64,000 nucleotides of DNA from Octopus sinensis (GCF_006345805.1 NC_043006.1:29016001-29080000); one strand, 5' to 3'. Shown: positions 27,101-42,100, counted from the first letter of the stretch. Made by a program: numbers and translations. Notes: generated by a model not told the origin, from the letters alone.

Positions 27101-30100
27101 TCAGGATTGTGAAATATGCAATCAAATTTTGAAATTTAACCTTTTGGTCTTAGGAAATCAATGCAAGAACACATTTCTGATCCCTGAGAAATCTCATACA
27201 ATAAAATGAGAATTTCTCCATTTCATTTTTTTTATATCATCATATTTTATTTTTACTAATTAGAAAACTGGGAGCTAAACTACCCATCCACACTTTTTTA
27301 TATGATGCAGTTATATCAATATGCTATTTTCTTAATGGTAAGCATTATATATATATTTTCAAAAATATTAGAATATGAATTAAAACTGATTTATGAATTT
27401 AGACATTCAAATATGACTACTATGACAACCAAGTGGACAAAACACATCGCTAAAATTGCCAAGAAGGCTGAGGGTGTCTTGGCATCACTCACCAAGTCCT
27501 TTGTGAGCCGCTCTCTGGCTATCTATCTGCGGCTTTATATAGCTATGGTAAGACCTCACCTGGAATTTGCATCACCAGTCTGGAACCCCTATCTTGCCCA
27601 GGATATTAATCGTCTGGAAGCCGTTCAGCAACGTGCAACCAAAAGAATACCCTCCATCAGGCATTTGCCATATTCTGAACGCCTGACTTCCCTGGGCATG
27701 GACATATTGAAACTCCGACGTCTGGCAGCTGACTTGGCAGACACCCATAAAATTATTAACCATCTTACAAACAATAACTCTGAGCACCTTTTCAAACTCC
27801 ACCCGTGGGCATATTTACAAAGTCAGAAAACAGCACAGCTCACATGACTTTAGGAAACATTTTTTCACGCTGAGAGTTGCTGAAGCATGGAACAAACTGC
27901 CAGCATCAGTTGTTAGTTGTCGGAGCACTGCATCCTTCAAAACTTCCATGCTTCCTGAGATTCACCAACACTACACCTGATTTTCTCCCCTCCATACACA
28001 CATAAGCATGTATCTGACTCATACATTGTTCGCTTTCCAGACATTTGTACATTACTGCATACACTTTATATGCACTTTCTGACAAGTTGTGGTGCACCTG
28101 AGCACTATACAATAATTTCATTATATATTTATATAAAATTATGCATGTTTTCTTGCAGTTTTCAACTTAATGTTCTTATTGTCTAATTATGATATATATA
28201 TATAACATAAGATGAAGATATATATAAATACCAAAAAGTTATTATTCAGTTGAGTATGTGTTGTCTCTTGCAGATGTTGATGTACCAAAACCTGATGAGA
28301 AAGTAATCATGACTTATGTATCAGCATATTACCACTATTTTGCCAAATTAAAGTCTGAATTAACAGGTGGTAAAAGAATTGCCAAGGTAAACCATTTAAT
28401 AATAAAAAGCTGTCAGATCTAAAATGATACTGTAACCTTTGTTGTCAAATCATTAGATTGGGACAGAAAGGCTTTCTTGTTTTAAAGATCATCATGTATT
28501 TATTAGAATGATACTTTTAGCAAACTTTGAACCCAATTTTGTAAAATTTTTAATCATAGCCATTAAAATAATTTTTAACTTTAGTACTAGGTTTCAACAT
28601 CGTGAGAGGAATATAGTCAATTTAATCATCTTCCAGCATATACCCAGTTTTCGTTTTAACCATCCTATGGTGGAGAAGTTCGCCAACAGCTGAAGCCAAC
28701 GTTAATTATGTAGGGGGACATAACTATGTACTTCATGGAATTTAATTGGTACTTTTTATCACTTTTGTAATGATTTCTAGATTTGGCTAAAGACCATTTA
28801 TTGGGAAGATATAATTGATTAAATTCACCTCAGTGCTTGATAGATGCTTTTTTTATTAAATGCTAAAGGGTGAAAATCAAATTGAACTAGAGCAGAATTT
28901 GATTTGAAATATAAAAGTACTGTGAGGGGATTTGACCATTCTACTCTTCACATCCTAATAGCAATAATGAATAAATAAATATTAATGTTTCCTCTAGTAT
29001 AGAATAACAGATATTTAACTGATAAGAAATATTTTTAGATCTTGTTCCATGTTCACGTGGAAGAAACAAATCATAGCAGTCCAAATTGACGGTTCATATA
29101 TCACCCCTTTGCTTCTAATTTATCAATGATGAGGATGGGAGTCTGGTTGTTTTTTGTAATCAGACAAGAAGTATTGAATGTATGGTTTAGTAGCTCTACT
29201 TGTATAGCTATATTGCTTTGAAAGTGTATCAGTGCTGCTGCCAAATGTAAGTTTGCCTGAAACATCTGTCCTTCACACAGCTTGTAATGTCAGTTCCTGG
29301 AGTTTAAATATTAACAAACTCTTCACTTTAAACTGTTCTGTATATGTCTTACTTTAACTTTAAAGGATATATTCTCACATTGAATTATAAATATTATGAA
29401 GCAAATTCTGTAAATTGTTTTCAGATTATCAACAATGTTCTTACTTTACAACAAAACCAAAAAGACTATGAATCTTTCACCACTAACCTGATTGAGTGGA
29501 TTAACCAGAAGATTAAAGAATTGAATGATCGCAATTTTCCCAATTCATATGAGGGCATTAAAAATGAACTTTTAAAATTCAAACAGTACCGAACTGTGGA
29601 GAAACCACCAAAGTAGGTTCATTTCTGAGGCTAATAGCATAATTTCAGAATTATATTTTTGCTTTTGATGTTGAATTCTATGGCTTTAGTTTTGTTTTTG
29701 AATACCTTTAGAGGTGGTATTTTTTCCATCTCAAAAAAATTAGAGGAGGTTGTGTGACAGTGTAGATGCTCTCTTACTATCTCATGTTTGTTATTTAGTA
29801 TGCTGAGTAATGAAGGGGTTTGTGATTTGACAGCCTTCTTACTTACTAAGACTTTTGGTTTTTGCTAGGTAACACTAAGGCCCTTTGATTCTAGACCTTG
29901 CTTCCACACCCTAAACTTCGTCTCTCATTATTCACGAAATGGTTTTGTGAAGATTATGAATGTCAGACTGATAGTAGCAGGCATAAGTGAATGAAAAGGA
30001 GTTTCGCAACATTATAGTAATGTCGGTTGTAGCTACAACACTTCTTCTTTCCTGCATAGCTTTACGTTAACTGGCCTATGCATGAGCCACTGTAGCTCAG

Positions 30101-33100
30101 TAGTCTTTCACTCACACATGCACACACACACACACACGCGCATGCACACACACACACAAGCGCGCACGCACACACACACACACACGCACACGTACTCATG
30201 CATACACACATATATTTATACATATGATTAGCACTGACGTTAGTAGGTCTTGTACCCTAGAAAACAGATATCACCATTATACAAAATCATGTGATTGATT
30301 TGAAGATATCAGAAAAATATTTTATTTTTCACTTAATTACTTGAGCATGTCCACTGCAATATCCTTTTGCCAATAACTCTTCATCTGTTTATTTTTGTAA
30401 AGGTTTAAAGAAAGAGGCCACATTGAAGTTCTTTTCTTCAATATTCAAGCTAACCTGAAAGCAAATGGGCAAAAAGGCTACACACCACCAGAGGGCAAAT
30501 TAGTTCATGACATTCACACAGCATGGACTAGTTTGGAGAAAGCTGAGCATGATCGGGAAATTGTGTTGAGGGATCAACTTAGAAGGTTACTGAAATATAA
30601 TTCTTGCTTCTTTCTTCTCCTCCTTTTTAAACTACATATCCTTGTTGTACCTTTCTAAGTTTGTCATATTTGTCATTCTATTTGTCATTAAACTAATTGT
30701 CATATTTATAATTATTAATGTAGTCATAGTTTTCACAGTAATTGTGTAATGCTCATCATATATGTCACCAGTCCTGTTGTATTTGATGTTATGACAAATT
30801 GTCATTGATTGTAGTATTAATGATTTTGTTATTTTCAATCTTTTCACAATTTTTTCCCATGCCATAATTCTTGTTGCTATTGCTAAATTTGTCATTAGTT
30901 TAGGATTTAGTACCCAGGATTAAGAAAAAAAACTTAGTCTACGTTTGTTAAGTAACTTAACAATAAAGATTTCTTTACTTTTTTTATGTTTTACTTTTCA
31001 GGTTGGACAGATTAGAACGGTTAGCTCAACGATTTCACCAAAAGGTACTGTTTTGATGTGATAATTAGATAATTATTTATTGAGATAATTTAATGTTTGA
31101 CTAGATTATTCCATTATCATTGCAAATATAGCTTTCTCTCTCTCTCTCTCTCTCCATTCACTTAGATTATCTCAAACCATCTTGTACAACTAAATACTAC
31201 CAACTATACCATATCAACTTTATAGTACTAAACAATACTACATGTTCTTTGATACTAAGTAAATAATCTAAATGATCAAACTTAAGAATTGCATAGACCA
31301 TAGGCATCTTATATACAATTCTCAAGTCAACTACTACATTATGGAAATAATGTCTAAAATTTCATGAAGACAGAAGTTTGTAGAAAAAATAAAATTTATA
31401 AAATGTCTGATTCGTACCAGTAAGGAAAACAGACATTAAATGAGGATGATGCATTTCAATATATGCTGCACTTGTGCTTTTATTTGCTATTATTTCACAA
31501 TGTCCAATGTAAAACAAATTTAAATGTGTTTTCTGGGTTATTTTTAAATATTTGAAATAATTTCCTTTTTTGTTTCTAGTCTTCCATTCGTGAAACATGG
31601 CTTGTGGATATGAATCAAGTTTTAAATGAAGAAATCATCAACACCAATGCCAGTGAAACAGATGCAGTTTTGAAGAAGCATGAAGCAATCAGTGCAGAAA
31701 TCTTGGCAGGAGTAAGTATCAATTTCATACAAGCTTTCTATCTGTGGTTTATATGCATTTTTTTAATATAAATATTAATTGCAAAGTTTTAGTGTGTTGG
31801 TTTAAATTAGATTTAAAATATTTCTTTGTAAAGCAAGTTTTAAAGTGATTCATTCTTAATTTAAAATTTCTTTATCAGTTGAAAGTAACATCATTTTTGA
31901 CAACTTCTTACTTATTAACTGACTTTCACATCAACAATGCACATATATAATCATTTAACATCTGTTTTCCATGCTAGTATGGGTTGAACGGATTGACTGA
32001 AGTTGGCAAGACCAGAATCTGCAACCGGTTCTATGATCTGTTTTGGCTTGGTTTCTACATTTGGATACCATTCCTAATGCCAATCACTTCAGAGTGGGTT
32101 AGGCCTCTTGCTCAGAGTGAAAGGTAGAGTGTATTATGCCTGTGTGCAAACAGCCATGCTGCACAGCAGTGCAACAAAGAAATGAAGCTAGTATGCTCTG
32201 CTGGATGTGTAATATGAGTGTGCATACACGACAGTGTAAGCGCCCTGAGAGAAAAGTTGAACATAAGAAGCATCAGATGTGATGTGTAAGAGAGTCAACT
32301 GTACTGGTATGGCCATGTGTTGCATATTGATGAGGACAGCTGTGTGAAGAAGTGTCACACCCTAACAGTGGAGGGAACCTGTAGAAAAGGTAGACCCAGG
32401 AAGATATGGGATGAGGTGGTGAAGCACAGCTTTTGAATTGGGCTTCACAGAGGCAATGACAAGTAACCAAGGCCTTTGAAGATATGCTGTACTTGAGAAG
32501 ACCTGGCAAAAAAAAAGAAAGTAGCCGTGGTTGATGCTAGTGTTGCATAACCAGCCCGTTTAAAAGTACCCTTTGATTGTCAGGTGAGGTCATAGTCTTG
32601 GCTGATGCCAGTACCATCTGACTGGCACCTGTGCTGGTGGCATGTAAAAAGCGCCATTAGAGCGTGTCTGATGCTAGTGCTGGTGGCACGTAAAAAGCAC
32701 CATTCAAGCATGGTCAATGTCAATGCCACCTGACTGGCTCCCATGCTAGTGGCACATAAAAAGCACTATTCGAGCCTGGTCGATGCCAGTGCCACCTGAC
32801 TGGCCCCTATGCTGGTAGCATGTAAAATAGCACCCACTACACTCTCTCAGAGGGGTCGGTATTCGGAAGGGCATCCTGCTGTAGAAACCTTGCCAGATCA
32901 GATTGGAGCCTTGTACAGCCTCCTGGCTTGCTAGTCTTCATCAAACCGTCAAACCCATGCCAGCATGGAAAGCAGATATTACATGATGATATCCGGAAAC
33001 ATTTGTAATTCTCATTATGAAAAATTCTTACTCCCCCAGTGGTGCCTCAACACATTAGTGACAGTAATCTCCACCCTAGATGTGACTGTCCTACACACAA

Positions 33101-36100
33101 GAGTAGGGTATTTAATCTCTGCCATCTGTATAGACTACAGCTTCATGCACGTTGGTCATTCAGCTTCAGTTTTAACCTAACAGTATCAAATCTGGTTACT
33201 CCTATGTGGAGACTGCTGTCACTAATGTGTTGAGTTTCCACTAGGTGATGACTGAGCAACTAGCCCAGAACTGCCCTTCACCCTGCTCTGTGTGGTGCAG
33301 TGAACTGATGTTGCTGAATACACTATATCAGCGCTTGCCATTAATGTGGTGGTAACTCCTTCTCAACATTATCAGAGCACATGGACCTAAGAATAAAGAA
33401 AAGAACTGGTGTTCATTTCACAGCATTAACATGTAACATGAGCTGACTAACAGAGGCCTAAAATCTAGAAGCTATCTTAAATTTGTTTCAGTCTGTCAGT
33501 CTTCCAATATCTGAAAGATGTGATTGTTCTACATGTCCACAAACTTTCTCATACGGAGTGAAGTCAAACTGTTATTAAAATCAATATTTTTATTTCAGAA
33601 AGACCGTTTCAAACGAGTCAATGAACTAGCAGAAGAACTTATCAAAGAGAACTATCAGGATCAAGCAACTGTGAAAAAACGGTACGTTTAAAATACGTTT
33701 TAATAATATCTCAGTTAGTGGAGAAACATATCTGTATAAGTAAATTGTTGTCATCATTATCTTTTAATTTTATTTTTGGTGAGTAGTTTTCTATCAAGGG
33801 TCTTTTATTAGATGTGGCTATCCTATCTTATTATTTAGACATTAGGGAATGATTTAAAAATGTATTGCCTATTTCCAGTAGGTTTGACCAATCATGTAGA
33901 AACCCAAATGTTGCCTCATTCATGTTGGACTGGGTTGAACATGTTTGCCATATAGTTTTTTTCCTTGCATTTTTCTCTTTTGGTGTTTCTAATCTGACCT
34001 CAATATTTCTTTCCAAGTTTGTCTTAGTCTTTCTCAGATATTTTCCACCATTAGATGACTTGTCTTCAAGGATGTTTTACTCAGTCATTTAGTTTTATTT
34101 CTTACAAATTATTCTCATTGTCTGTTTCAGTTTATTATAAATTTCTTTCTGGCTCAAGTAGCAAAATCCTATACAAAACAGGTACAATGTTATTCTGCAT
34201 GTTGTAAGAGACAACTTACATAGTTGATACTAAGAAGGGCATTCTGCATTAAAGCACTGTCTAAAAAAAAGTTCCATCTAAATCATGTCAACATGGAAAT
34301 ACAGATGAAAAATGGTGCTGATTATGTTGAAACCTGATAATATTCATATAATTCAATTATAAATATTATAACTTTACTTTCTTACTGTAATTATGAAGAG
34401 AGTCTGTAGTGGTTAAAGTGCATCAAAATCCTTGTGTATATGTTTCATAGATTATTTCATACTGGGCATCATACTGTACGTGCAGCCAATGATATGAGCC
34501 AGCTTGGACTTAATGGCAAATAAGGTTGAAACAATGTAACATGTTCTGCCTAAAACTCTTTCTATGTGGCTGCTCAACCTGCTCAAGAAAATAATGCTGC
34601 CAAATTTCTCTCAATCAAACCCTACTATGTTAAAAAGCAAAACACATTGGATGATGTAACCCTAGATATGTTTTGCTGTTTCTCCTCCATAACTTGTGAC
34701 ATTGAAGCAGTATTTAAGATTTCTCTTCATATAAGGTACTGAGGTAAAAGTTGGACTCTTGTAATTATGGCTGTGTGGTTAAGGAGTTTGTTTTACAACT
34801 TCATGGTTGTGGCTTCACTCCCATTGGGCAAGTATTTTCTACTACAGCCTTGAGTCAACCAGTGTTTTTGCAGGTAAAATTTTGTAGATGGAAACTACTG
34901 AAACGTTTTGTGTGTGTCTGTAACCGTATTTACATATGTTTGCTTATGTCTTTCATTGGTTTGGTAAACAAAGATTGATAAAATTAGTGCTGGGGTCAGT
35001 ATAATTGACTAAATCCTTAAAGATAGTTCCTCAGCATGGCTGCAGTCCAATATATGAAGCAAGGAAAAGAACGAAAGAAAATATATTATACAATACTTTT
35101 GGTATTTAATTACTTTCTTGGCTTGATTACTTTTAACTTTTCTTGTTGTCGCAGACATTGTGCTGTGTACAGGCCTCACATGTTCATCTTTAGCATTACA
35201 GTCACTTAGGATTAAACTTCTCTTCACTGCTATTTTCATCATTGTAAATTTATTTATGTATTTCTACTATGGCATGAAATGTGGAGGCACATGGCCTAGT
35301 GGTTAGAGTAGTGGACTCGTGGTTGAGGGAACATGAGTTCGAATCTCAGACCAGGTGATGTGTGTGTTTATGAGCGAAACACCTAAGCTCCACATGGCTC
35401 TGGCAGAAGGTAATGGTGAACTTCTGCTGACTCTTTTGCCACAACTTTCTCTCACTCTTTCCCCTGCTTCTAGCAGCTCACCTATATGCCAATGAAACTT
35501 ATGAGCCAGGCATGGCTCGAGAAGGAAGAAACAACAACATTATGGCATGAAATAAGGCATGAAAACTGTATTTACATCCTCCAGCTTTCTAAGTTAATTC
35601 AACTGTAACAATAATTGTAGGATTTTGTAGGAAAAAATGTGTCACTATTTACTATGTTCTGATTTCCCCAGAAACGATGCAATAACAAAAAACTGGAAGA
35701 AGTTATTGACTACATTAGAAGAACGCAAGAAAAGCATCAGTGCATTGGAAAATGGGATGATTTTCCTGCGAGAGATTGATGGAGTAGATGAAGAACTCAA
35801 AGAATGTAAAGTAAGTTAATCCTTTTTTAAATTACAGAAGTCTTAGTGGCCAGTATTTAACCTGTGTTTCTATAGCTTTAAAAAATGGATATTTCTCTGG
35901 AAAAGTACAAGTTTTATTACCAGTAACCTTTATTAGCAAAACCTTATTTTTCTCTACAAAATTAATTTAGGCAATTTAGAATTATCTCTCTAGAAATAAT
36001 GTCAACTTTCGCTTCATGAGTCAGTTGTATATTTTATCTACTGGGCTATTTTGTCTCTACAGTTTAGTCTATATCATTCGGTTGTGATAAGCTGTTACAT

Positions 36101-39100
36101 TAACAGTATAGAGGAACAGTTTCATTGTTCTGTGTTCAATTCCATCTGCTGTAGGAACAGTGTTTCAGTTTGAAATAAATGCCAGTAATATTCATGGGGC
36201 TATTTTCATCTTGGTTCAAGGTTTGTTATACTGTTGTTGCTTAGTTTGTAACACCTCAACATCATCATCGTTTAACGTCCGTTTTCCATGCTAGCATGGG
36301 TTGGATGGTTCAACTGGGGTCTGGGAAGCCAGAAGGCTGCGCCAGGCCCAGTCTGATCTGGCAGTGTTTCTACAGCTGGATGCCCTTCCTAACGCCAATT
36401 TAATATAGCTTAAAAGCCACACTCCATGTGGACTTTTAAGTTAGCTCCTGTGGAGGGCTATTTGGGCTTTCAGCCCAAAACTGAAAAGAGCAATAGTAAA
36501 ACATTTATCTCAGATTTATGTCACAGAGTATCACAATTGGAGAATTTTGTATCACTGTGACATTTAGGGATCATTGTAAAGCAGCAGGATGAACAATATT
36601 CTTTGTTGACAGATAGAATGTCGCGATTATTATTGTGGGTAATAGAGGTAACTGTCACAAAGTTTGGGTATTAAATCCAAAAAGCTTTGGTCAGTTTTTT
36701 AACACAGAATGTTGCGTTTATTATTATAGCAAAGGGAGGGAATTCTTGTTAACCATTAAAAACCTCTCACTATTGCTTTACCTGCTAGAAATAGCAACCC
36801 AAACGCTCTTACATCAGATCCCAGTGCTAGATGTTCAAGAACCAAATTTAGGTCAGATTTTCGATCCCAGGATCAGTCTGATTCCAAAAAGGTATCTTCA
36901 TCATCATCGTTTAACGTTCGCTTTCCATGCTAGCATGGGTTGGACGGTTTGACCGGGGTCTGGGAAGCCAGGAGGTTGCACCAGGCTCCAGTCTGATATA
37001 GTAGTGTTTCTACAGCTGGATGCCATTCCTAATGCCAACAACTCCGTGAGTGTTGTGGGTGCTTTTTACATGCCACCAGCACAGGTGCCAGGGCAGGCTG
37101 GCAACGGCCACAATCGGTTGGTGTTTTTTTACATGCCACCGGCACGGGTATAACAACTACAATTTCCATTTGATTTCTATTTTGATGTTGATGTACTTGA
37201 CTCAGTAGGTCTCCTCAAGCACAGGTGGTCCTGCAAAGCCATGAACTCACTTCATTTGTCGGGTCTTCACAGTCACAGCATATCTCCAGAAGTCTCGGTC
37301 TTTTGTCATTGCCTCTGTGAGGCCCAACGTTCGAAGGTCATGCTTGACCACCTCATCCCATGTCTTCCTGGGTCTTCCTCTACCCCGGATTCCTTCAACT
37401 GTTTGGGAGTGGCACTTCTTCACACATCTCTCCTCATCCATCTGTAGTACATGACCATACCAATGCAAACGTCTCTCCTGCATGCCACATCCAATGCCTC
37501 TTATGTCCAACTTTTCTCTCAGGGCACTTATGCTCTGTCGTGTGTGCACACTGACATTACACATCCAGCTGAGCATGCTAGCTTCATTTCTTTAAAGCCT
37601 ACACATCTCCTCCAATGTAACGGCCCACGTTTCACTGCCGCGAACCATGGCAGTTCGCACACATGCATCGTACAATTTACCTTTCACTCTGGGTGAGAGA
37701 CCCTTTGTCGCCAGTAGGGGAAGAAGCTTTCTAAACTTTGCCCAGGCTATTCTTATTCTAGTGGTAACACTCTCTGAGCATCTACCCCCACTACTAACTT
37801 GGTCACCTAGGTAGCAGAAGCTATCAACTACTTCTAGTTTCTTCCCCTGGAGTGTGATGGAATCTGTTTTCTGAGTATTTGTGGTGTCTATTGCCCCTGT
37901 GCATCTGCTGCACACAAAAGCTATCTTCTTGGTTAATTTTCCTTTGATGTTGCTGCACCTCTTATGTATCCATAGCTTTCACTGGGTACATCTTATGGAA
38001 TTTCTACCTACACCTTTTCTACAGATTGAACAGGGCCACCTACCTGAGGGTATGTGTGATGAGTTCGCCTTCCTACTTACTATAACTTTGGTCTTTGCTA
38101 CATTGACTCTAAGGCCTTTTAATTCTAAACCTAGCTTCCACACCCAAAATTTCTTTTCTAGTTCCAGTAGTGATTCTGCTATGAGGGTCAGGTCATCAGC
38201 ATAGAGGAGCTCTCAGCAGCAACCCGTCTTGAATTCCTCCGTTATTGCTTGGAGGACTAAGATGAATAAAAAGGGATTGAGGGCTGAACCTTGGTGCACC
38301 CCTATTTCTACCCGGAATTCTTCACTATACTCATTGCCAATCCTAACCTTACTAATGGCCTTTCTGTGAAGGGCCTGTACAGCCCTTATTAACCATTCGT
38401 CAATCTCCAGTTTCCACATCACCCACCAGATAAGGGATCGGGGACCCTGTCAAAGGCTTTCTCCAAGTCCACAAAAGCTAAGTATAGGGGTTTATCTTTA
38501 GCTAGGTATTTCTCCTGCAGTTGTCAAACCAGGAATATGGTATCAGTGGTGCTTCTACCTGGCACAAAACCGAACTGCATCTCATCTAAGCAAACTCTCT
38601 CCTCAATGAGATGGGCTATGACCCTCTCCATGACCTTCATCACCTGATCCAGCAGTTTGATACCCCTGTAGTTATTTCTATCTAGAGCATCACCTTTACC
38701 CTTGTAGCAGTTGACTACGGTGCTGCTATGCCAGTCGTTGGGTATGACTCCATCATGAACTACCTGGTTTACAATGTGGGTGACAAGGCCATAGCCCGCA
38801 CCACCATATGTTTTAAGGATCTCAGCAGTGATTCCTGATGGGCCGGGGCTTTTCCTGGCTTCATAACCTTAATTGCTTTATCTACTAGGGAGCTGTCTAT
38901 TCGGTATATGTCTATATATAGCGAATGTAGACTGAGATACAGAGGTATTTCATTTTTATTTATATAGAATTTCATTTTTATTTATATAGGCAGAATTTCA
39001 TTTTTATTTTTATGGATTTCTCTGGGTTGTATGAATCCAATAATAATAGGTATATTTAATTGAATTGACATAATTACCACCTGATGCTTACATTATAACT

Positions 39101-42100
39101 GTGGAAAGGTGTACAGCAAAATTAAATACACTAACACAATTATTCCAGCTCTCTGTTGGTTTGCATTGTCTGGCCTTTTGAAATGACTAAACATTGTTTT
39201 GAAAGTCATTTGTTGGTTTGGTCAGTTTCATGTTTGCACACTAATCTATAATATGAACCTTACTGTTACAAAGGTGAATTCTACTTCTCAATGGCTTAGT
39301 CCATCCAACAGTAAATAAGTTCAATGGAACAGCAGGGCTGTTGAGTAGTTGATTGTTTGTTGTATTGAACCAATTCCTCTCAGGAGTAAAGTCCAAAGCA
39401 GGCTCGTCTAGAGTTTTTCTTAGCCCCTTCATATGTTGACAACTAAACTAAGTTTCCCTACATTATAACCTCTCTCCCTAATATTGGTGATTAGAAAAAA
39501 ATATCATTACTGTTTCCCATGTGTCTACAGGAAAGCGCTTCTAGTCTTCCAAATATTGTGGCACCAAATATCTTAATATCTTATGCAAACTCGTTTTCAT
39601 CCTATCTCATTTATCATCTACATGATGTGTCTATACTGGTGCAACAGCTTCTACACACATTAGCCAATAATTTTAATGCTCAACTCCCCTCTCTCTCTCT
39701 TAATCCAATTTCTGATTGTCTTTTAAGTTCTTTTTAAAAATCATCTAAATTTTTTTATTGTTTTACAGGCAAAAGTCACTTCAGAAGTACCATTAAAACA
39801 TCTGCAAGCAGTTGAGGATGCCTTACAGAAACATGATTTAGTTGAAACTCAGATGTCAGTCTTATCAAAACGACTCTCTAATCTGCAGGATAAAGTTCAG
39901 AAAATTGATGATGATACGGGTAAACCACTCTTGGTAAACCGAACCAAAGAAGTGACTAAAGAGCTTAAACTGTAAGTTGGTATAATTTTACAAATTAGAG
40001 AATTCAGCTAAGTTAAGTTGGTTTTCTTGGTACTTGGGGGTTGGGGGTGAGATTTAAATCTAAGTTATTTAGTTGGGCTTTATTCTGTATGATTTATAAA
40101 TTTTTGAGGGAAATGAAACTGGCAAAACTATTTCTTTTTTGGAAAGTCTTGCTTCCTCTGTTTCCATTTGCCTCGCACCCCATTTCAGCTCAAGTTGTAA
40201 TGTAGATTTCACAAACCAGGATTTGTTATTTCTGTTCCCATGTCTTACAAACTGCAGAAATCAAGAGTTTGTGCTTTACTCCAATTTCTGTATAATTTCT
40301 GTATAATTTCTGGTATAATGATGATGTTTGCTTATGATTAGCACATTATGTCAAGACAGAGAGAGAGAGTGACACACACACACACACACACACACAAAGT
40401 GTGCTCCTATTTTTAAGCATTTACAAATGAACATTCATTTTGGGGCACACTGCCAGATCTGACTGGACTGGTGCAGCTTTCGGGCTCCCCAGACCCCAGT
40501 TGAACCGTCCAACCCATGCTAGCATGGAAAGCGGACGTTAAATGATGATGATGATGATGATGATATTGTTTTCCTTGCATATCAGAAGGTAGGCTTTCAT
40601 AGCAGAAATGTATCATCATCATTTAGCGTTTGTCTTCCATGCTGGTATGGGTTGGATGGTTTGACAGGAGCCGGCACCAGATTTCTGTGTCTATTTGACA
40701 GGTTTTCTACAGCCGGATGCCATTCTTAACACTGACCACCCAGCAGAGTGGACTGAGTGCTTTTTATGTGGCACAAGCACAAGCAAGGTTAGTTTTGTCC
40801 TGGTTTTTACAGCTGGATGCCCTTCGAAATGCCAACCACTTTACAGTGTGGACTGAATGCTTTTTATGTGGCAGGGTCACCAAGTAACTTGCAAGACAAA
40901 AATCCTTTGAGAGGGGAGGGTCATTGGAGGAGGTGATCTCATGTCAGATGATGAAAGGTTAGACAGAAACAAGTGTCTTGCTGTAGAAGAGATACATGGT
41001 TATTTGGACAGAGAAAGAGAGAGAGAGAGAGAGAGAGATCAAGAATGAGGACGGAAACAGGTGTACTGTTGTAAAGGAGACACATGGTTTCTCAGCCTGA
41101 ATGAAGAGAAAGAGAGAGAGATTGGGAGACAGCAAGAGTGCAAATGAGAGCAGGAAAGGGATGGTGGAAAGTGCTAGGCATACTCACAAGGCATGGGGAT
41201 CAGGTTATAAATTGAATGGTCAAGTAAAAGAAGAGAGAGAGAGATGGTGGCAGATGCCAGGGCTTACCTTAGAGATCATAATATAAGTGACAGGGCATTG
41301 CCAAAGAAGCATGAATTGAGAGTGGGGGAAGATAACGCAGGAAGTGGTGAAAACCTGGGTATATAGAGGGGGTGGGGGTCTACTGGATAGCAATGATACA
41401 GTGAACGGGGCCATGAGGACAGGATTGGGGAGTGAGAGATAAGCATAGTGCATGATGATGTGAGGAAGAGAAAAGATATAGTTTGGTTTTTTTGGGGTAG
41501 GATGTGCGAAAATTATTCTTATTACATGTGGGTGGAACACAGTGCTTCAAGAACTCAGTTTTGCTGACATGGATGGGTCTCCTTAAGAACCTCATATTGC
41601 CAGACATCTTGATCCATTGTCATTTCCTCTATGAAACCCAACATTCTGAGATCAGTCCTTACCACTTCATCCCATGTCTTCCTGGGCCTCTCTCTTCTGC
41701 AGGTACCATCCACTTTCAGTGATTGGCACTCCTCAGCATTTGAGAGAATCGAAGTCCCTTGTGTTCTCGGTGCTTATTGTTCCTGCACATCTGCCACATA
41801 CAAAGATGACTTTATCTGTTAATCTACTGTGATTTCACTGCACCTCTTACATATTCATAGCTTACACTGGGTACAGCAAATGGAATTACTTCCAATTCCT
41901 TTCCTACATATTGAGCAGGTCCATTTACCTGAGTCTTATCTTCTTTCTTCCTAACAACATCTTTGGTCTTTGCTAGGTTAACTTTAAGGTCCTTTTGATT
42001 CCAAGTTTTGCTTCGATACTTGTAATTTCTTCTCTAATTTTGCTACAGATTCTACAATAAGAGCAAAGACATCAGCATAAAATATTTCCCTCAGGCATCC

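Noticed and set aside
30632-30895. 87-aa minus-strand ORF rich in M/T/N/I
   Set aside because: It reflects degenerate (TTGTCAT)-like low-complexity repeats.
35281-35360. tRNA gene
   Set aside because: A and B boxes are present, but the sequence continues into a SINE body with an (ACA)n tail and TSD. The same applies to the heads at 19842, 22779 and 25866.
37979-37981. In-frame TGA at a Cys position as selenocysteine or readthrough
   Set aside because: Other copies have TGT here and this copy has further lesions; it is ordinary decay.
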